DNA of 64,000 bases from Okamejei kenojei (Eukaryota). The position numbers were made by a program, and so were the translations under genes. Positions 39,090-51,623 of this stretch are shown piece after piece. Within the stretch, counting starts at the first letter, position 1; every line of letters starts with the position of its first letter. The stretch spans positions 15,190,001 through 15,254,000 of the forward strand of contig CM069160.1 in assembly GCA_035221665.1 (NCBI GenBank). The letters run 5' to 3'. Under the pieces are notes generated by a model, which ran no database searches, was not told the origin of the DNA, and saw only the letters and a program-made list of their open reading frames with translations.

Positions 39090-40410
39090 AAAACGGAGAA
39101 ATACTTCAAATCGCCCGTCTGAATTGCCATGGGCTTCAATGAGGAGTGTCTTGATATCCCCGTGATATGGAGTCAGGAATTGTGCGAGTGTGGCTACAAA
39201 CTCTTGGATGGTGAGGTGCGGGAAGGTGTACACCATGCTCCGGGCTGAATCCTCTCTCTCCAAAAGTTCCATCAGGAACCCGGACAGGAACTGGGAATGT
39301 ATTTGATCAAATCTCCATCTGTGAACACAATGTTCTTCTCAGCCACTCCAGTGAAGGCCATCTGACCAACCCTCAGTAACACCTCACAGGGGCTCCCAAT
39401 CTCACGGCCGTGGTTTTTCAGGATGTTGTAAATACAGTAGCAATATAGTTGGGTGATGGTCTTGGGAACTCGCTGCGGGTCCCGATGTGTTTGTGTGAAG
39501 AAGGGGCTCAGGCCGAGGATCCAGCAGTAGGAGGGGTTGTAGCTCATGGTGTACACGATCTCGTTCTCCACATGTTTGAAAACAGCTGCTGCCACCGTCT
39601 CATTTTAACATACCTGGTGAAATATTCCTTCCGTTCCTCACCAACAAATCCCAGGATTTCAGCTCAGACACTGATCTCTGCCTTTTCCAGTAAATGTAAT
39701 GCAGTGGGGCGGGAGGTCACTAGCACTGAACACCCTGGGAGCAGCTTGTGCTAGATTAAACTGTACACAATGTCAGACACTTCACACCACAACTCAGAAT
39801 CTGGGCACTGGTGCTTAGGTTCTGTGTCTCTCCGACTGTTAGCAAAATCGATTCTGCCCTTGAATTCATCCAGACCGTCGAATATAAACAACAATCCCTC
39901 TGGGTTCTTCCAGACCTCTCCCAGCATATTCCCAAAGTAAGGATACTGAGCCAGAATCAGCTCCCTCAGGGTTATTCTGTCTTTAATCTTGTTTAAATCC
40001 CAGAATTTGAAACTGAAGACAAATTGGAATTGTTGGAATATTTTCCCTGTGGCCCAGTCATGAACAATTTTTTGCACCATTGTTGTTTTTCCGATCCCCG
40101 GGACTCCGGCCACGGCAGACGAACTCCCAGATTTGAATTTGCTCGCCGAAATGTTCTGGAATAACTGATCAGTTCGGATTTTTTCAAACTCTCCCCCGAG
40201 ATGTTCCCCTCTCCACTCTTCATGGTCCCGGCCACTTGCCAGCAGCTTATGTTTCACCAGTGTCCGATCTCGGACAGTGGAGATGACCGTGAGCTCAGCG
40301 TGTCGATCAAGCAGCTGGAAAACCTTAACCTTCTCATTCATCAGGATGGTGTTCACACTCAGTGTTTCAGTCTGTGCCTTCAGTGTCTCCATGAGCTTCT
40401 GCTAAATATC
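39090..40410 (-). pseudogene. NACHT-domain exon of an NLR, pseudogenised and 3'-deleted
   Basis: Walker A GVPGIGKTT, Walker B LLFIFDGLDE, VLVTSRP, YNPSYCWI, FPHLTIQEFVA; stops at 40402-40404, 39751-39753 and 39664-39666 plus frameshifts; homology ends after GRFEVFLRF. Confidence 0.92.
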
Positions 40411-40515
40411 CTTTATCAGATGAGATAAACAAGAGGTCCTGAATTAGATTCATCACCCAAAGAAAAGCGCATTCACAAATTCTAATATTACGGTTATTAG
40501 CTGACAGTGTTATTG

Positions 40516-43500
40516 ATAGTAAGATTAAACGAGAACTTACCAGTTTGAAGTTTGATCTTGATTTTATGAGGAGTTACGTTGGTGATTACGTGAAGAAGAC
40601 CCGCCAGGCCGCATGCGCACCAATCTTCAAAGCAACGGTATGAAATCACAAATAAACAACACCGAAGTAAACAGTAAGATCAGTGACTCGAGAACTACCA
40701 GATGATCTTTCATGAGAGAGGGATGGGTGTGGAGGACACGTAATCACCAACGTAACTTCTCATAAAATCAAGATCAAACTTCAATCTGGTAAGTTCTCGT
40801 TTAATCTTACTATTTTACTTCGGAGTCACGTGAGTGATTCCGTGAAGAGTTCAAGGTTTTGTGATTTCATGCCGCAGATTACAAACTCGGCATCCCACTG
40901 CATTGATTGACTCTAATGAGAAATAATGCATTAGTAGTACCATTGTATTCAATGTAGTAATAGGGTTTATTTAATAATATAAACAAACAATAGTTTTTCT
41001 TTAATACCAGGGCATTTAAACAGAACTTAAAATGGCATTAGCAAACAACCCTGGATCAACAATCGGGTGATGATAAAAATTCTGAAACATCAGCTCATTT
41101 GCCCATAATATGGTTGAAGGGCACGTCCTTCGCTTTGGCCGCCGTAGTGGCTGCTGCCCTAGTGGAATGAGATGTAAACATACCTGTGTTAATACCTGCA
41201 TCAATCAAAACTTGTTTAAGCCACCTGGAGATAGTGTTAACTGACACTGTTTTATGTGTTTTTTTATAACTGATAAACAATCTTTTCTCCATATTATGTA
41301 AATTCTCTGTCACTGCAATGTATTGCATCAAATGTGTTTTTACGCATAAAGCTGGATCCGTAGGATATGCTGCAAATATTATTTTAAAACCTGTGACACC
41401 TGGCCTGCTCTGTTTGAGGAGGTCGTAAATGTAAAATGTAACATTGTCCACAGCAGTTTCCATTCTGTCTAACTGTAATATTTGTAACGTCTGTACCCTT
41501 TCTGCTGAAACCAATGCCATAAGCATGGCCAATTTAATGGTAATTTTGGTCAACGTCAAAGATGATAAACAAAACCACTCACGTAGTTTCTTAAGGACTA
41601 TACTTGCATCCCAAATAGCCATATATCTAGGTTTGGGAGGTCTGGAATTAAAAATGCCTTTCATAAATCAAACCACAAGAGGGTGAGATCCAATTGCATG
41701 ATTGCCTGATTTCATCACTAAATATGATGACAAAGAACTTCTTGATGTATTGATTGCACTATAATTTAGTCCTTCATCATAGTAAAGAGTTGGGTATTAC
41801 CAGTACCCCTGAAGCATTGTCCTGCTTGATTTTAAGCAGACATCGGTTTATGACAGAAAGGTGGAAATGCATAAATATACATACCACCCCAATTCAGCGA
41901 GAAACGTCAATCGCTACTGCCCCAGAATCTGGTTCCCATGACACATATTTGGGAAGCTGGTGGTTTAGTCTAGATGCGAACAAGTCAACATCTGGTGTTC
42001 CATATTTGGCAATGATGTCTTTGAACACATCGTGATTCGCCATCCATTCTATGTTGTCATGGAATTTCCGTGACCTGGTGTCTGCCACTGTATTAAGTTT
42101 TCCTGGCAGATAAATAGCTGAGAGCCTAATGTGTTATCAATGCACCAGATCCAGATTTGGTTTACCAGACTGTCACAAGATACCACTCATGTGATTGACA
42201 TATGCCACTGCCGTGGTGTTATCGATCTGGAGCTGAACATGCAGACTGCTTTTGTTAGAACAATAAGCTTTGAGCCCATTAAATGCTCCTAAAAGCTCTA
42301 AATGGTTAATTCCCCATGTCTGCAGAAGCCCAGCTTCTTCTGAACTCCATCTTCCACCACAACTTTAGTTTATGTCTGTGGCACCCCATCCAAGTGTACT
42401 TACATCAGTCTGCAAAACCATGGAAGGTTGTTCCAGCTCTATCATGCTAAAACTACTGGCGACATGTTGAATCCACCATAAAAATATCAGTAATTGCTTC
42501 AGCTGATAACTGCATGGGCCTATCATAAATGCCCAAATTTGTACCTTAAGTGCCTGTTCTTTTGCTCTTTGTAACTGCTGATAATGCAAAGGCCCAAATT
42601 GGACTGCTGGAAAGGCTGCTACCATTTTCCCCGGAAGTCTCACCACTTGCCTAATTGAAGTTTACACTTGTTTAAAAGTGTTACGCAATCCTCAAGTAGT
42701 TCTGTACTTTTTCCAATTGGCAAGGTAATTACCATTTTGATAAGTTAATTGAAAACCCCAAATAGTCAATTGTGGTAATTGGCATAAGTTTGGATTTTCC
42801 CAAATGAATGACAAACCTCAGTTTTTCAAATGTGGATTTGACTACTGCCACTGATGTTTCGGCTAAAGCTTGAGTTTGCCCAATTATTAAAATATCATCC
42901 AAATAGGCCATAATCACATGGCCCTGGCCTCTAAGCAACTCCAAAATTGGTTTTAAACAATTTGGTGAATACTCTAGGGGGCTGAGGTCAATCCGTTTGG
43001 CAGTGCTTTATACTGCATAATTGATTCATCCAATTGAATTTAAAAATACCTTCTATGCTCTGCAATGAACAGGCACTGAATAATAAGCATCCTGCAGATC
43101 TATCGTGGCCCATATAACAACCTTTATAAAATGAGTTGCTTGGCCGTAACCAATGTTTCCATTTTAAAGTGTCTATATAGTACAAATGTATTTAATTTTG
43201 TCAGATCCAAAATGATTCTACATTCCTCCGTCCCTCTTAGGACGGGGAAAAATATTTGACATAACAATTTGATGGACTTGATGTCCGTCTTTTCAATTAC
43301 ACCTTTGTAATATAAATTTTGTGATTTTTCAGCTTGAACCTGTATTACTCGTTTGTGAAAAATAAAGTGTTTCTAACAGGAACATGTTGGAAAGGTAAGT
43401 AACATTTGGAATAAATTCAATCCGAAACCCTGTGAATTACACTGATAAATAGATCTGAAGTAAGCTGCTTCCATTCGTTATAAAAAAAAGCAGTAATCTA

Positions 43501-44914
43501 CCACCAATATTCTCTTGAGCTCTATATTTAATATGTTTTTATGAGAAACCAGGTCCACTTACCTCCCTGGTGACTGGTACAAACCCTGCTGACTCCAGCC
43601 TCTGGCAGTAGCTCCCATAGTCGCTCGTGCTCCCATCGAGGGATACCATCCACGTCCCTGTGCTGAGGCCCGGCTTGTCCCTGGAGTAGCTCCGGATGCT
43701 GAGGTGGTTTTGTAGGGATACTTTCTCTTCAGCTGTCTGCCGGGCATCATTGGTCTCATCAGACTCATTGTTTTAGCATCTTCATTTATTTCTTTAACTT
43801 GTTTGGTTAGATCTGCGCCAAACAACAGATCGGGTGGTTGAACACTTGCTGCCTTGCAAAGCGCAGCGTATCTGGGATTAATGGTGGGCCTAATAGTCCT
43901 TTTCCTGAGATCATTGATCTCAAAATGAGTGTTACATAACATCCCTAGAGCCTCTTGGTGTGTTCTGGTCATATAACCACCATCCATTGTTCTTGCGAAC
44001 GCTGTAATGCCAGCAGCCAATAATTTTAGAATTCTTTGCATTTTTATTGCTTGTGAACTTATTCGCATACCGGGTCCCATCTGACCCCAGATGACCTGAT
44101 TCACCGTTGGAACTCTTAATACTTCACAGTTGCTTGGAGGCTCGTGTTTTTTGGCTGTCTCATCCATAGTAAGCTCCTGAAGCTGATGAGACACCATGTA
44201 ATTATTGTGGTAGCCAGCGCTTTACCTAGTGGCTCACCTGCTCCTGATGGTACAGCAAAAGGAAGTGTAACATTTGGCAATTCACTTTCTCCTGGCTGAA
44301 CTTCCCCATCAGAATCGGCCTCAGGACTATTCTGGCCTATTGCACTCTCCTCAAATTGATAAGGAGTTTCTGGCAGCATTGTTGCTGCTGGCGTTTCTTT
44401 TCCTAAGCACTGACACTCCTTCTCTTGGAGTGAAGTTCTTTGGAGGACTGTATGCAACAGTTCCTCCACTTGGGATAGGCGTGTGCACACTCTATCCAGC
44501 CCCGGTGAGGAATCAACCCCGAACTCCCTGGGCCTAGCAGACTTATCTGTTGCCTTGTGCCCTAATGGCGGCGGCTCTGTGCTGTGTAGCACTAAGTCTG
44601 CAGTCGCTGTATCTGTACTAAGCGACTGAACAGGGGTATGAGGCAGGGCTTCCAAGCCTGAACTGCCGCGGGCGGTTGAAACGCGCCGCTTTCCCTTCCC
44701 TGTTTTTTCCATGCTAGCACTCGGTATAGCGTACCGGCCAGCACGGATTCAAACTCCAGTGGAAAGTTTTCAACTTACCTGGAGTCTGTATACTTACCGC
44801 TGAAGGAGCTCCGTTCCTCGCAGCCTCCGTGTGTCAATGCGGCTGATGTACTGGTGCGCATGCGGCTTGGCGGGTCTTCTTCACGGAATCACTCACGTGA
44901 CTCTGAAGTAAAAT
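40516..44914 (-). mobile_element. DIRS retrotransposon 2, structurally complete but frameshifted
   Basis: Both termini and ICR present (ATTTTACTTCGGAGTCACGTGAGTGA near 40812 mirrors 44890-44914); gag 43559-44712, AYLDDIL, DLFASRLN, YR HSTRAAATT. Confidence 0.92.
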
Positions 44915-45144
44915 TACATGTTATCTGATTGTTATTGTTGTTTATTGGTCAACTAAGCGGAACAAAATTGGAAAAATAATATTTGGACAAGTACATTGAT
45001 TGGAAAGGTTTAGAGAAATATTGGGCAATCACAGCTGGTCGGGAAAACTTAAATGGGGCATTTTGGTCGGTATGGACAAATTCGATAGAAGATCCTGTTT
45101 CCGTGCTGTGTGATAGTATAAATCTATCGCTAGAACTCTAAATT

Positions 45145-45696
45145 CGGCTTTCCGCAAAGACCGCTCCGTCTGTAACACCCTGGTCAATTTGACCCTTCCC
45201 ACCTAAAGCACCCCCTCCCCTGTACTTTCCCTTGCAACCACAGGAAATGCTACACTTGTCGCAAGTAGTCTTTCCAAGTGTGGCAGAGGTTCACCTGCCC
45301 TCCTCCAACCTCATCTATTGCATCCACTGCTCTAGGTGTCCGCTGCTCTACATCGGTGAGACCAAGCGTAGGCTTGGCGATTGCTTCGCCCAACACCTCT
45401 GCGCGGTTCACAACAACCAACCTGATCTCCCGGTGACTCAGCACTTAAACTCCCCCTCCCATTCCGACCTTTCTGTCCTGGGCCTCCTACATGGCCAGAG
45501 TGAGGCCCAAATTGGAGGAGCAGCACCTCATATTTCGCTTGGGCAGTTTACACCCCAGCGGTATGAACATTGACTTCTCCAATTTCGGGTAGTCCTTGCA
45601 TTCTCCTCCCCTTCCCAGCTCTCCCGCAGCCCACTGTATCCGCCTCTTCCTTCCTTCCTTCCTTCTCCCCCCCCCCCCCCCTTACATCAGTCTGAA
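45145..45696 (+). mobile_element. Penelope-like GIY-YIG fragment
   Basis: SSNLIYCIHCSRCPLLYIGETKRRLGD; ends at CAGTCTGAA. Confidence 0.85.
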
Positions 45697-45842
45697 TGCA
45701 ATGCAATGATTTGTTTGGCCTTGCCCTGTGCTTGAAACTGAAATGGCAATGGAAATGCCTTATATTGTATTATATTATATTATATTGTATATTATTGTAT
45801 TATACTGTTTTATATTGTATAATATTGCATTATATTGTATTA

Positions 45843-45940
45843 CTAGACCAAGCGCAGGCCCACTGGGTCTGTTCCCCCACCACGTGGGGGGGGGTGGTGC
45901 TGCAGCTTCACTACGCACACTAACCACCTCCCACACACAG
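45843..45940 (-). mobile_element. Helitron-like 3' terminus
   Basis: GC hairpin 45855-45871 (CAGGCCC-ACT-GGGTCTG) 8 nt from CTAG|T read on the minus strand. Confidence 0.6.
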
Positions 45941-48900
45941 TGGGAGAGGGATGGGGAGGGGGATGAGGGGAGGGTAGGGGAGGGGGAGGGGGATGAGGGA
46001 GGGTAGGGGAGACGGGGTGGGGAGAGGGGGGAAGAGGGGGTGAGGAGGAGGGGGGAAGAGAGTAGAGGTGAGAGAGGAGGTGGGAAGAGCAGGAAAGGAG
46101 GGGGTGGAGAGGGGGTAGATGGAGGGGGGGGAGATGGAGTGAGAGGGAAATGGGGAGAGTGTGGGGAGGGGATGGGGAGAAGGGGGAAAGAGAGAGGGGG
46201 GGATGGGGAGGGGGCGGAGAGAGGGTGAGGGAGGGAGAAGGAGAGATGGAGGGGGGAGGAGATGGAGAGGGGGAGATGGAGAGTAGGGGGATTGAGAGTG
46301 GGGAGAGGGGGAGAGAGTGGGGAAGGGGGGAGAGAGTGGGGAGGGGAAGGGAGAGAGAGATTGGGGAGGGAAAGGGTACGGGGTAAAGGGAAAGTAGGGA
46401 GAGGGAGAGGGAAGGGGAGAGGGAGAGGGGGGGGGGAGGGAGAGGGAGAAGGGGGGAAAGGGGGAGGGGGGGGAAGTGGGGAGGGAGAGGGGAATAGGGG
46501 GGACGGGGGGGGGAGGAGAGGGGACGGGAAGGGAGGAGAGGGGAAAAGGGGGACGGGGAAGGGGAGGAGAGGGGAAAGGGGACGGGGAAGAGGAGGAGAA
46601 TGGGAAGGGGAGGGGCAGAGAAAGGGATGAGGGAGGAGGAGGGGAGGGAGAGAAGGGGTGGGGTGGGGGAGGAGAGCGGGAAGGGAGAGGGGCGGGGAGA
46701 AAGGGGGGAGGGAGGAGGAGGGAGGAAAGAGGGGGAGCGAGGAGGGGGAGGTAGATGGGTGAGGAGAGGGGGGGAGAATAGAGGGTGTGAGGAGAGAGGG
46801 GGATAGAGGGGGGGAGAGGGGAAGGAGTAAGGGTGAAGATGGGGGAGAGATTGGGGAAGGGGGAGGAGAGGGGGAAGGAAGAGAGCGGAGGGTGGGGAGG
46901 GGGGGAGGAGAGTGGTGGAGGGGGAAGAGAGGGGTAGCAGAGGGTGGGGATGTGAGAGTGGTTGTGGGAGATGAATGGACAGGGGAAGAGAAGGGAGAGG
47001 GGGGACAGATGGGTGGGGAGGAGGACAAAGTGGAAGAGTGGGGAGGGAGGGTAGAGGGGTAGGTGGAGAGGGGGGAAGGGAGAGGTGGAGAGAGATTGGA
47101 GGGGTAGAGAGAGAGAGAGAAGGGGGGAGGGAGGGAGTGGGGGAAATGCAGGGGTGGAAGGGAGGGGGGTAGAGATTAGAGGAAGTAGAGAGAGTATAGG
47201 GGAGAGGGGGAGAGAGAGGAGGGGAGTGAGTGAGGTGGAAGGAGGAGAGGGGGAGAGTTCGAAGGAAGGAAGGAGGGGATGTGAGCTTTTGAGGTGGAGG
47301 GAGTGGGGGAGGTAAAGAGAGATTTGAGTAGGGAGAGGTGAGAGTGAAGTTCTTTGTGGAGAGAGATTGGAGGAGAGAGGAAAGGGAGATAGTGAGAGGG
47401 GGAGATTGGAGAGAAGAGTGAGGGGGGGAGAGAAGAAGTGGGGGAGAAAAGGGGGAGAGAGGTATAGAGAGAGAGAGGAGTAGAGGGGGATATTTATAAG
47501 GAGGGGATTTGGAAAAGGGTGGGGGGGATGTGGGGGGAGGGGGGATGGAGGGGGGAGGGCAGGGGTAAAGAAGAGGGAGAGAGAGAAGAGGAGGGGAGAG
47601 TGGACGAGAGTGTGGAGGTGGAGGGGGTGTGGGGAGGAAGAGGGGTGGGGAGAGGAGGGGGGGGAGAGGAGGGGTAGCAGGAGAGAGGGGGAGGGGGGTA
47701 GATCAGAGGAGGAGAGAGGGAGGAGAAGAGAGGGGGGATAGAGAGGAGGTTAGAGGGGGGTAGAGAGAGGGGGTTAAAATTCAAAAATAAGCAATTTTGT
47801 AAAAAATAATTGTTCAATGCAAATTAAAGAAAAGCAATTTCAGTCTAAATCAACGGATCAAATAAGCGTGACGTTTTAAACAGTCATGCAATAATCTTTT
47901 CAAAAATAATTATCCAAGTATAAATAAATATTGAAAAGAATCATTTACGTTTGAAAAAAGTGAAAAAGATTTACCTTTTTAAATGGTATCTCAAGGGGCA
48001 GAGAGAGAGAGATGGGGAGGAGAGAGAGGGTAGAGAGAGATGGAGAGAGAGAGAGAGATGAGGGGAGGGGAGAGAGAGGAAGGGAGAGGAGTGGAGGGAG
48101 GGGGGGTTGTTAGGGGGGTAGGGGAGGGGAGGAGTGGGTAGAGAGAGGGGAGGGGAGGTGGGAGGAGGAGGAGGGGGTAGACGGAGAGGGGTTTTAGGGG
48201 GATGGGGAAAGGGGGGGGAGGGGGGTTAGGGGGGTGGGGAGAGAGATAGGAGGGGAGGGGGGTTTAGGGGGGTAGGGGAGAGAGTGGAGGGGGAAGAGTT
48301 TTAGGGGGTGGGGGGAGAGAGAGAGTGGGGGAATGGGGAGAGCGGAGGGGAGAGAGAGGGAGTGGAGGGGGAAGGGGGTGAGGGGGGAAGGGGGGAAGGG
48401 GGGAGAGAGAGGAGTGGAGGGAGAGAGAGGAGTGGAGGGGGGAAGGGGATTAGGGGGAGGAGGGGGAGGAGGGGGAGAGGGGGAGAGAGAGGAGTGGAGG
48501 GAGAGAGAGGAGAGAGAAGAGTGGAAGGGGATTAGGGGGGAGGAGGGGAGGGGAAGGGGAGAGAGGAGGAGTGGAGGGAGAGAGAGGAGTGGAGAGGGGG
48601 AAGGGGTTTAGGGGGGGGAGGGGGAGAGGGGGTGAGGGGAGGGAGAGGGAAGAGAGAGAGGAGTGGAGAGGGGGAAGGGGATTAGGGGGGGAGGGGAGAG
48701 GGGAGGGAGAGAGAGAGCGACGTTTTGAAACAGTTATGCAAAAAGAATTATTCAAATATAAATAAATATTTGAAAAGATCGAAATAATGATTGTGATCAA
48801 ACATAAAAATATTTTCTACACAAACAAGAACAAAAGGCGGTGTTTTTGTGGCCCAGTGTTGTGATAGTCGCTGTAGAGCGGTGACTTATTGCCGTCAGTG

Positions 48901-49630
48901 ATGAGCTGACAACCTCCTGGCCCGCTCTGTCTACTAGATGTTGTGATTCAAGATGATTTAGACTTCACACCTGTGTTTATTGAGTCATCTACAGTCGGAA
49001 TCCCAACGTCGTTGTGGAGAAGCGAACTCCGAATGAATGACCGTTGGTGAAGAACCTTCTGGAAACCAAACGGCTTCTTCCCAGCGGGCAACGCGAGCAG
49101 CGCGGGCGGGAAACAACGGGCGGCGACGGCTGAGGGAGCGCGAGCGCGAGCGGCGTCTGCGGTTCCTCCAGCACTTTGCGCCTTGTTTTTGTAAAGCAGC
49201 ATCTGCGGTTCCTCCAGCACTTTGCGCCTTGTTTTGAGGGGCGGGGGGAGGGGAGCGGGGGCAAATCTAGTGATAAATCCCAAAACAATAGGGGGGAGAG
49301 GTGGATGGAGTAAGGGGAGAGGGGAGGAGGAGAGTGGGAGAGAAAGGGAGGGGTGGTTAGAAGGAGGGGTGGGCGAGAGGGTGGGGGGAGAAGGGGAGAG
49401 AGGTGGGGGGAAAGAGGAGGGGCGGATGAGGAGTGATGGGGAGAGGGGTAGAGGAGGAGAGGGGAGAGTGGAGGGGAAGGGGTGGGGGGTGGGAAAGGAG
49501 GAGGGGTGGGGAGAGGTGGTGGGGGAGAGAAGTGGAAGGGAGGGGAGGGAGGTGGGCGGTAGAGGAGGGAGGTGGGCGGTAGAGGAGGGAGGTGGGGAGG
49601 GGAGGGGTGGGGGAGGGGAGGGGTAGGGGG
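45941..49630. repeat. Multi-kb polypurine (G/A) low-complexity tracts with short AT-rich and GC-rich inserts
   Basis: Direct composition. Confidence 0.9.
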
Positions 49631-50877
49631 TGGTGCAGGGGGATGCTCTCCTCTAAACCGTGACGTGACTGCTGGGTGCGCTCCTCTACACTAGGGGGGG
49701 GGGAGGGTGTGTGGTTGGGTCGGGTGGGCTGGGGATGGGTGGTGTTGGTGCTTCAGACACACGTGTGTAGGGGGAGGTGTGAGGGTGAATAATTTGTATT
49801 GAACGTCATCTGCGGTTCCTCCAGCACTTTGTGCCTTGTTTTTGTAAAGCAGCATCTGCGGTTCCTCCAGCACTTTGCGCCTTGTTTTTGTAAAGCAGCG
49901 TCTGCGGTTCCTTGTGCCTACATTGACCTTAATCCCCTGTATTTACAGCTGTGAGCGGGCAAATGTGGAGCGGATTAGGCCACATCACCACCAGGTAGAC
50001 GCGGGCTGTTGATGCCAGCAGTGGGTGGGTGGGTGTGTAACAGAGCGGTAAATGATGACCCCTTTCAGACTAGAGTTACTGACGTATGTACGAGTGACGA
50101 TTCTCACAGTGCTCTGAAACGCTTGTGGCCGGGTCTCTGTGCTACCCTGTGACTGTAGACATCTGTCTGACCCACTTTATCTTCTCTCTGGCACAGGAAG
50201 GGGGGGGGGGGGGGTCACGTGGGCATGAGTCTGGCACACCACACCAGGCTGGCAGACGATGCAGAGAGGGTGTGTGCCAACCTCACTCACCGTGGCAACG
50301 CTGCCTCACCCACAGCTCCCAGTGTGTCCGTGCCACCAGATGCCAGAGGTGGGTACAAGTGCGATTTAATACAATTTAAATAACTGTGTCAAATCGTGCA
50401 GCGTGGAAACAGGCCCTTCAGCCCAACTTGCCCACGCCCACCAACATGCCCCATCTACACTAGTCCCACCTGCCTGTGTTTGGTCTCCACCCGAAACGTC
50501 CACGTTCTCCACAGATGCTGCCTGACCCGCTGAGTTACTCCAGCACTCTGTGTCTATCTTTAGTATAAACCAGCATCTGCAATTCTTTATGTGCAGGAAG
50601 GAACTGCAGATGCTAACTTACACTGAAGAGCCGCCGAGTTACTCCAGCACCCTGTGTCTACCGTGGCCCTGTTTCTACCGTGGCCCTGTTTCCGCGCTAT
50701 ATATCGCTCTAATAATACTCTCGCTTAATGATCTGAAATAGCCACTTCTGACTTCGGCTGCTCGCTAGCGCGCTCGGCCTGATCTGTTCACGCTGACATG
50801 GAAATAGAGCCAGTGCTAGTCCTTCAAACCGCGACCCAAGCGCACGAAGTCTACTTATTCTTGTACAGGCGGTCAGA

Positions 50878-50900
50878 GGGAGCGAGAGAGAGTGAGAGGC

Positions 50901-50942
<42 letters not shown>

Positions 50943-51320
50943 GGGGGAGAGAGTGAGTGAGAGAGAGATTGAGAGAAACTGAAACAGAGAGAGAGAGACA
51001 GAGAGCGAGGAGAGACTGAGCGAGAGAGACAGAGAGCGAGAGAGAGAGTGAGAGAGATGAGGGAGTGACAGACAGATGAAGAGACAACCAGAGAGAGAGA
51101 GAAACTAAAACAGAGAGAGAGAGAGAGAGACAGACACAGAGACAAAGAGAGAGAGAGAGAGAGAGAGAGACACACACACAGAGAGAGTGAGAGGGAGACA
51201 CAGAGAGAGTGAGAGAGAGAGATAGAGAGAGACACACACACACAGAGCGAGTGAGAGACACAGAGACAGAGAGAGAGATAGAGAGTGAGAGTGAGGGAGA
51301 GACACAGAGAGAGTGAGATA
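50878..51320. repeat. (GA)n-rich microsatellite
   Basis: Direct. Confidence 0.95.
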
Positions 51321-51525
51321 GCGATTCTGAGAGACGCGATTAGTTCAGTTGAGAGATACAGCGTGGAAACAGGTCCCTCATGTTATCTCGCTTTGTCGAC
51401 CACTATCTTCTCACTCGGGAGCAATTTTACTGCAGGGACAATTAACCTACAAGCCCACACGTGTTCTGTGATGTGAGATTGGATGGAGAGAGAGAGGGGA
51501 GGCTGGAGAGAGGACGGTTTTAGCG

Positions 51526-51568
51526 CAGTTGGCATCTGGTTGCTGAATTTCCACTTCCACTTGTGGTT
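51526..51568 (+). promoter_or_regulatory. Candidate lymphocyte promoter: E-boxes plus ETS-RUNX composite
   Basis: CAGTTG 51526, CATCTG 51533, ACTTCC 51553-51558, TGTGGTT 51562-51568, 10 nt before the leader ATG. Confidence 0.5.
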
Positions 51569-51577
51569 TATCCAGTG

Positions 51578-51623
51578 ATGATGGGGCCAGGGGCCATTGT
51601 GTGGATCCTGTCTGTGGCCGCAG
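51578..51623 (+). CDS. Leader (signal peptide) exon of NKp30/NCR3-like receptor
   Basis: MMGPGAIVWILSVAA G|gtgagt; the phase-1 donor joins the V exon to give ...VAAGVVA/EKI. Confidence 0.7.

Noticed and set aside
45775-49626. Many Gly/Glu/Arg-rich and Pro-rich ORFs
   Set aside because: Translations of polypurine low-complexity sequence
50851-51305. Leu/Ser-rich hydrophobic ORFs
   Set aside because: (CT)n microsatellite translations
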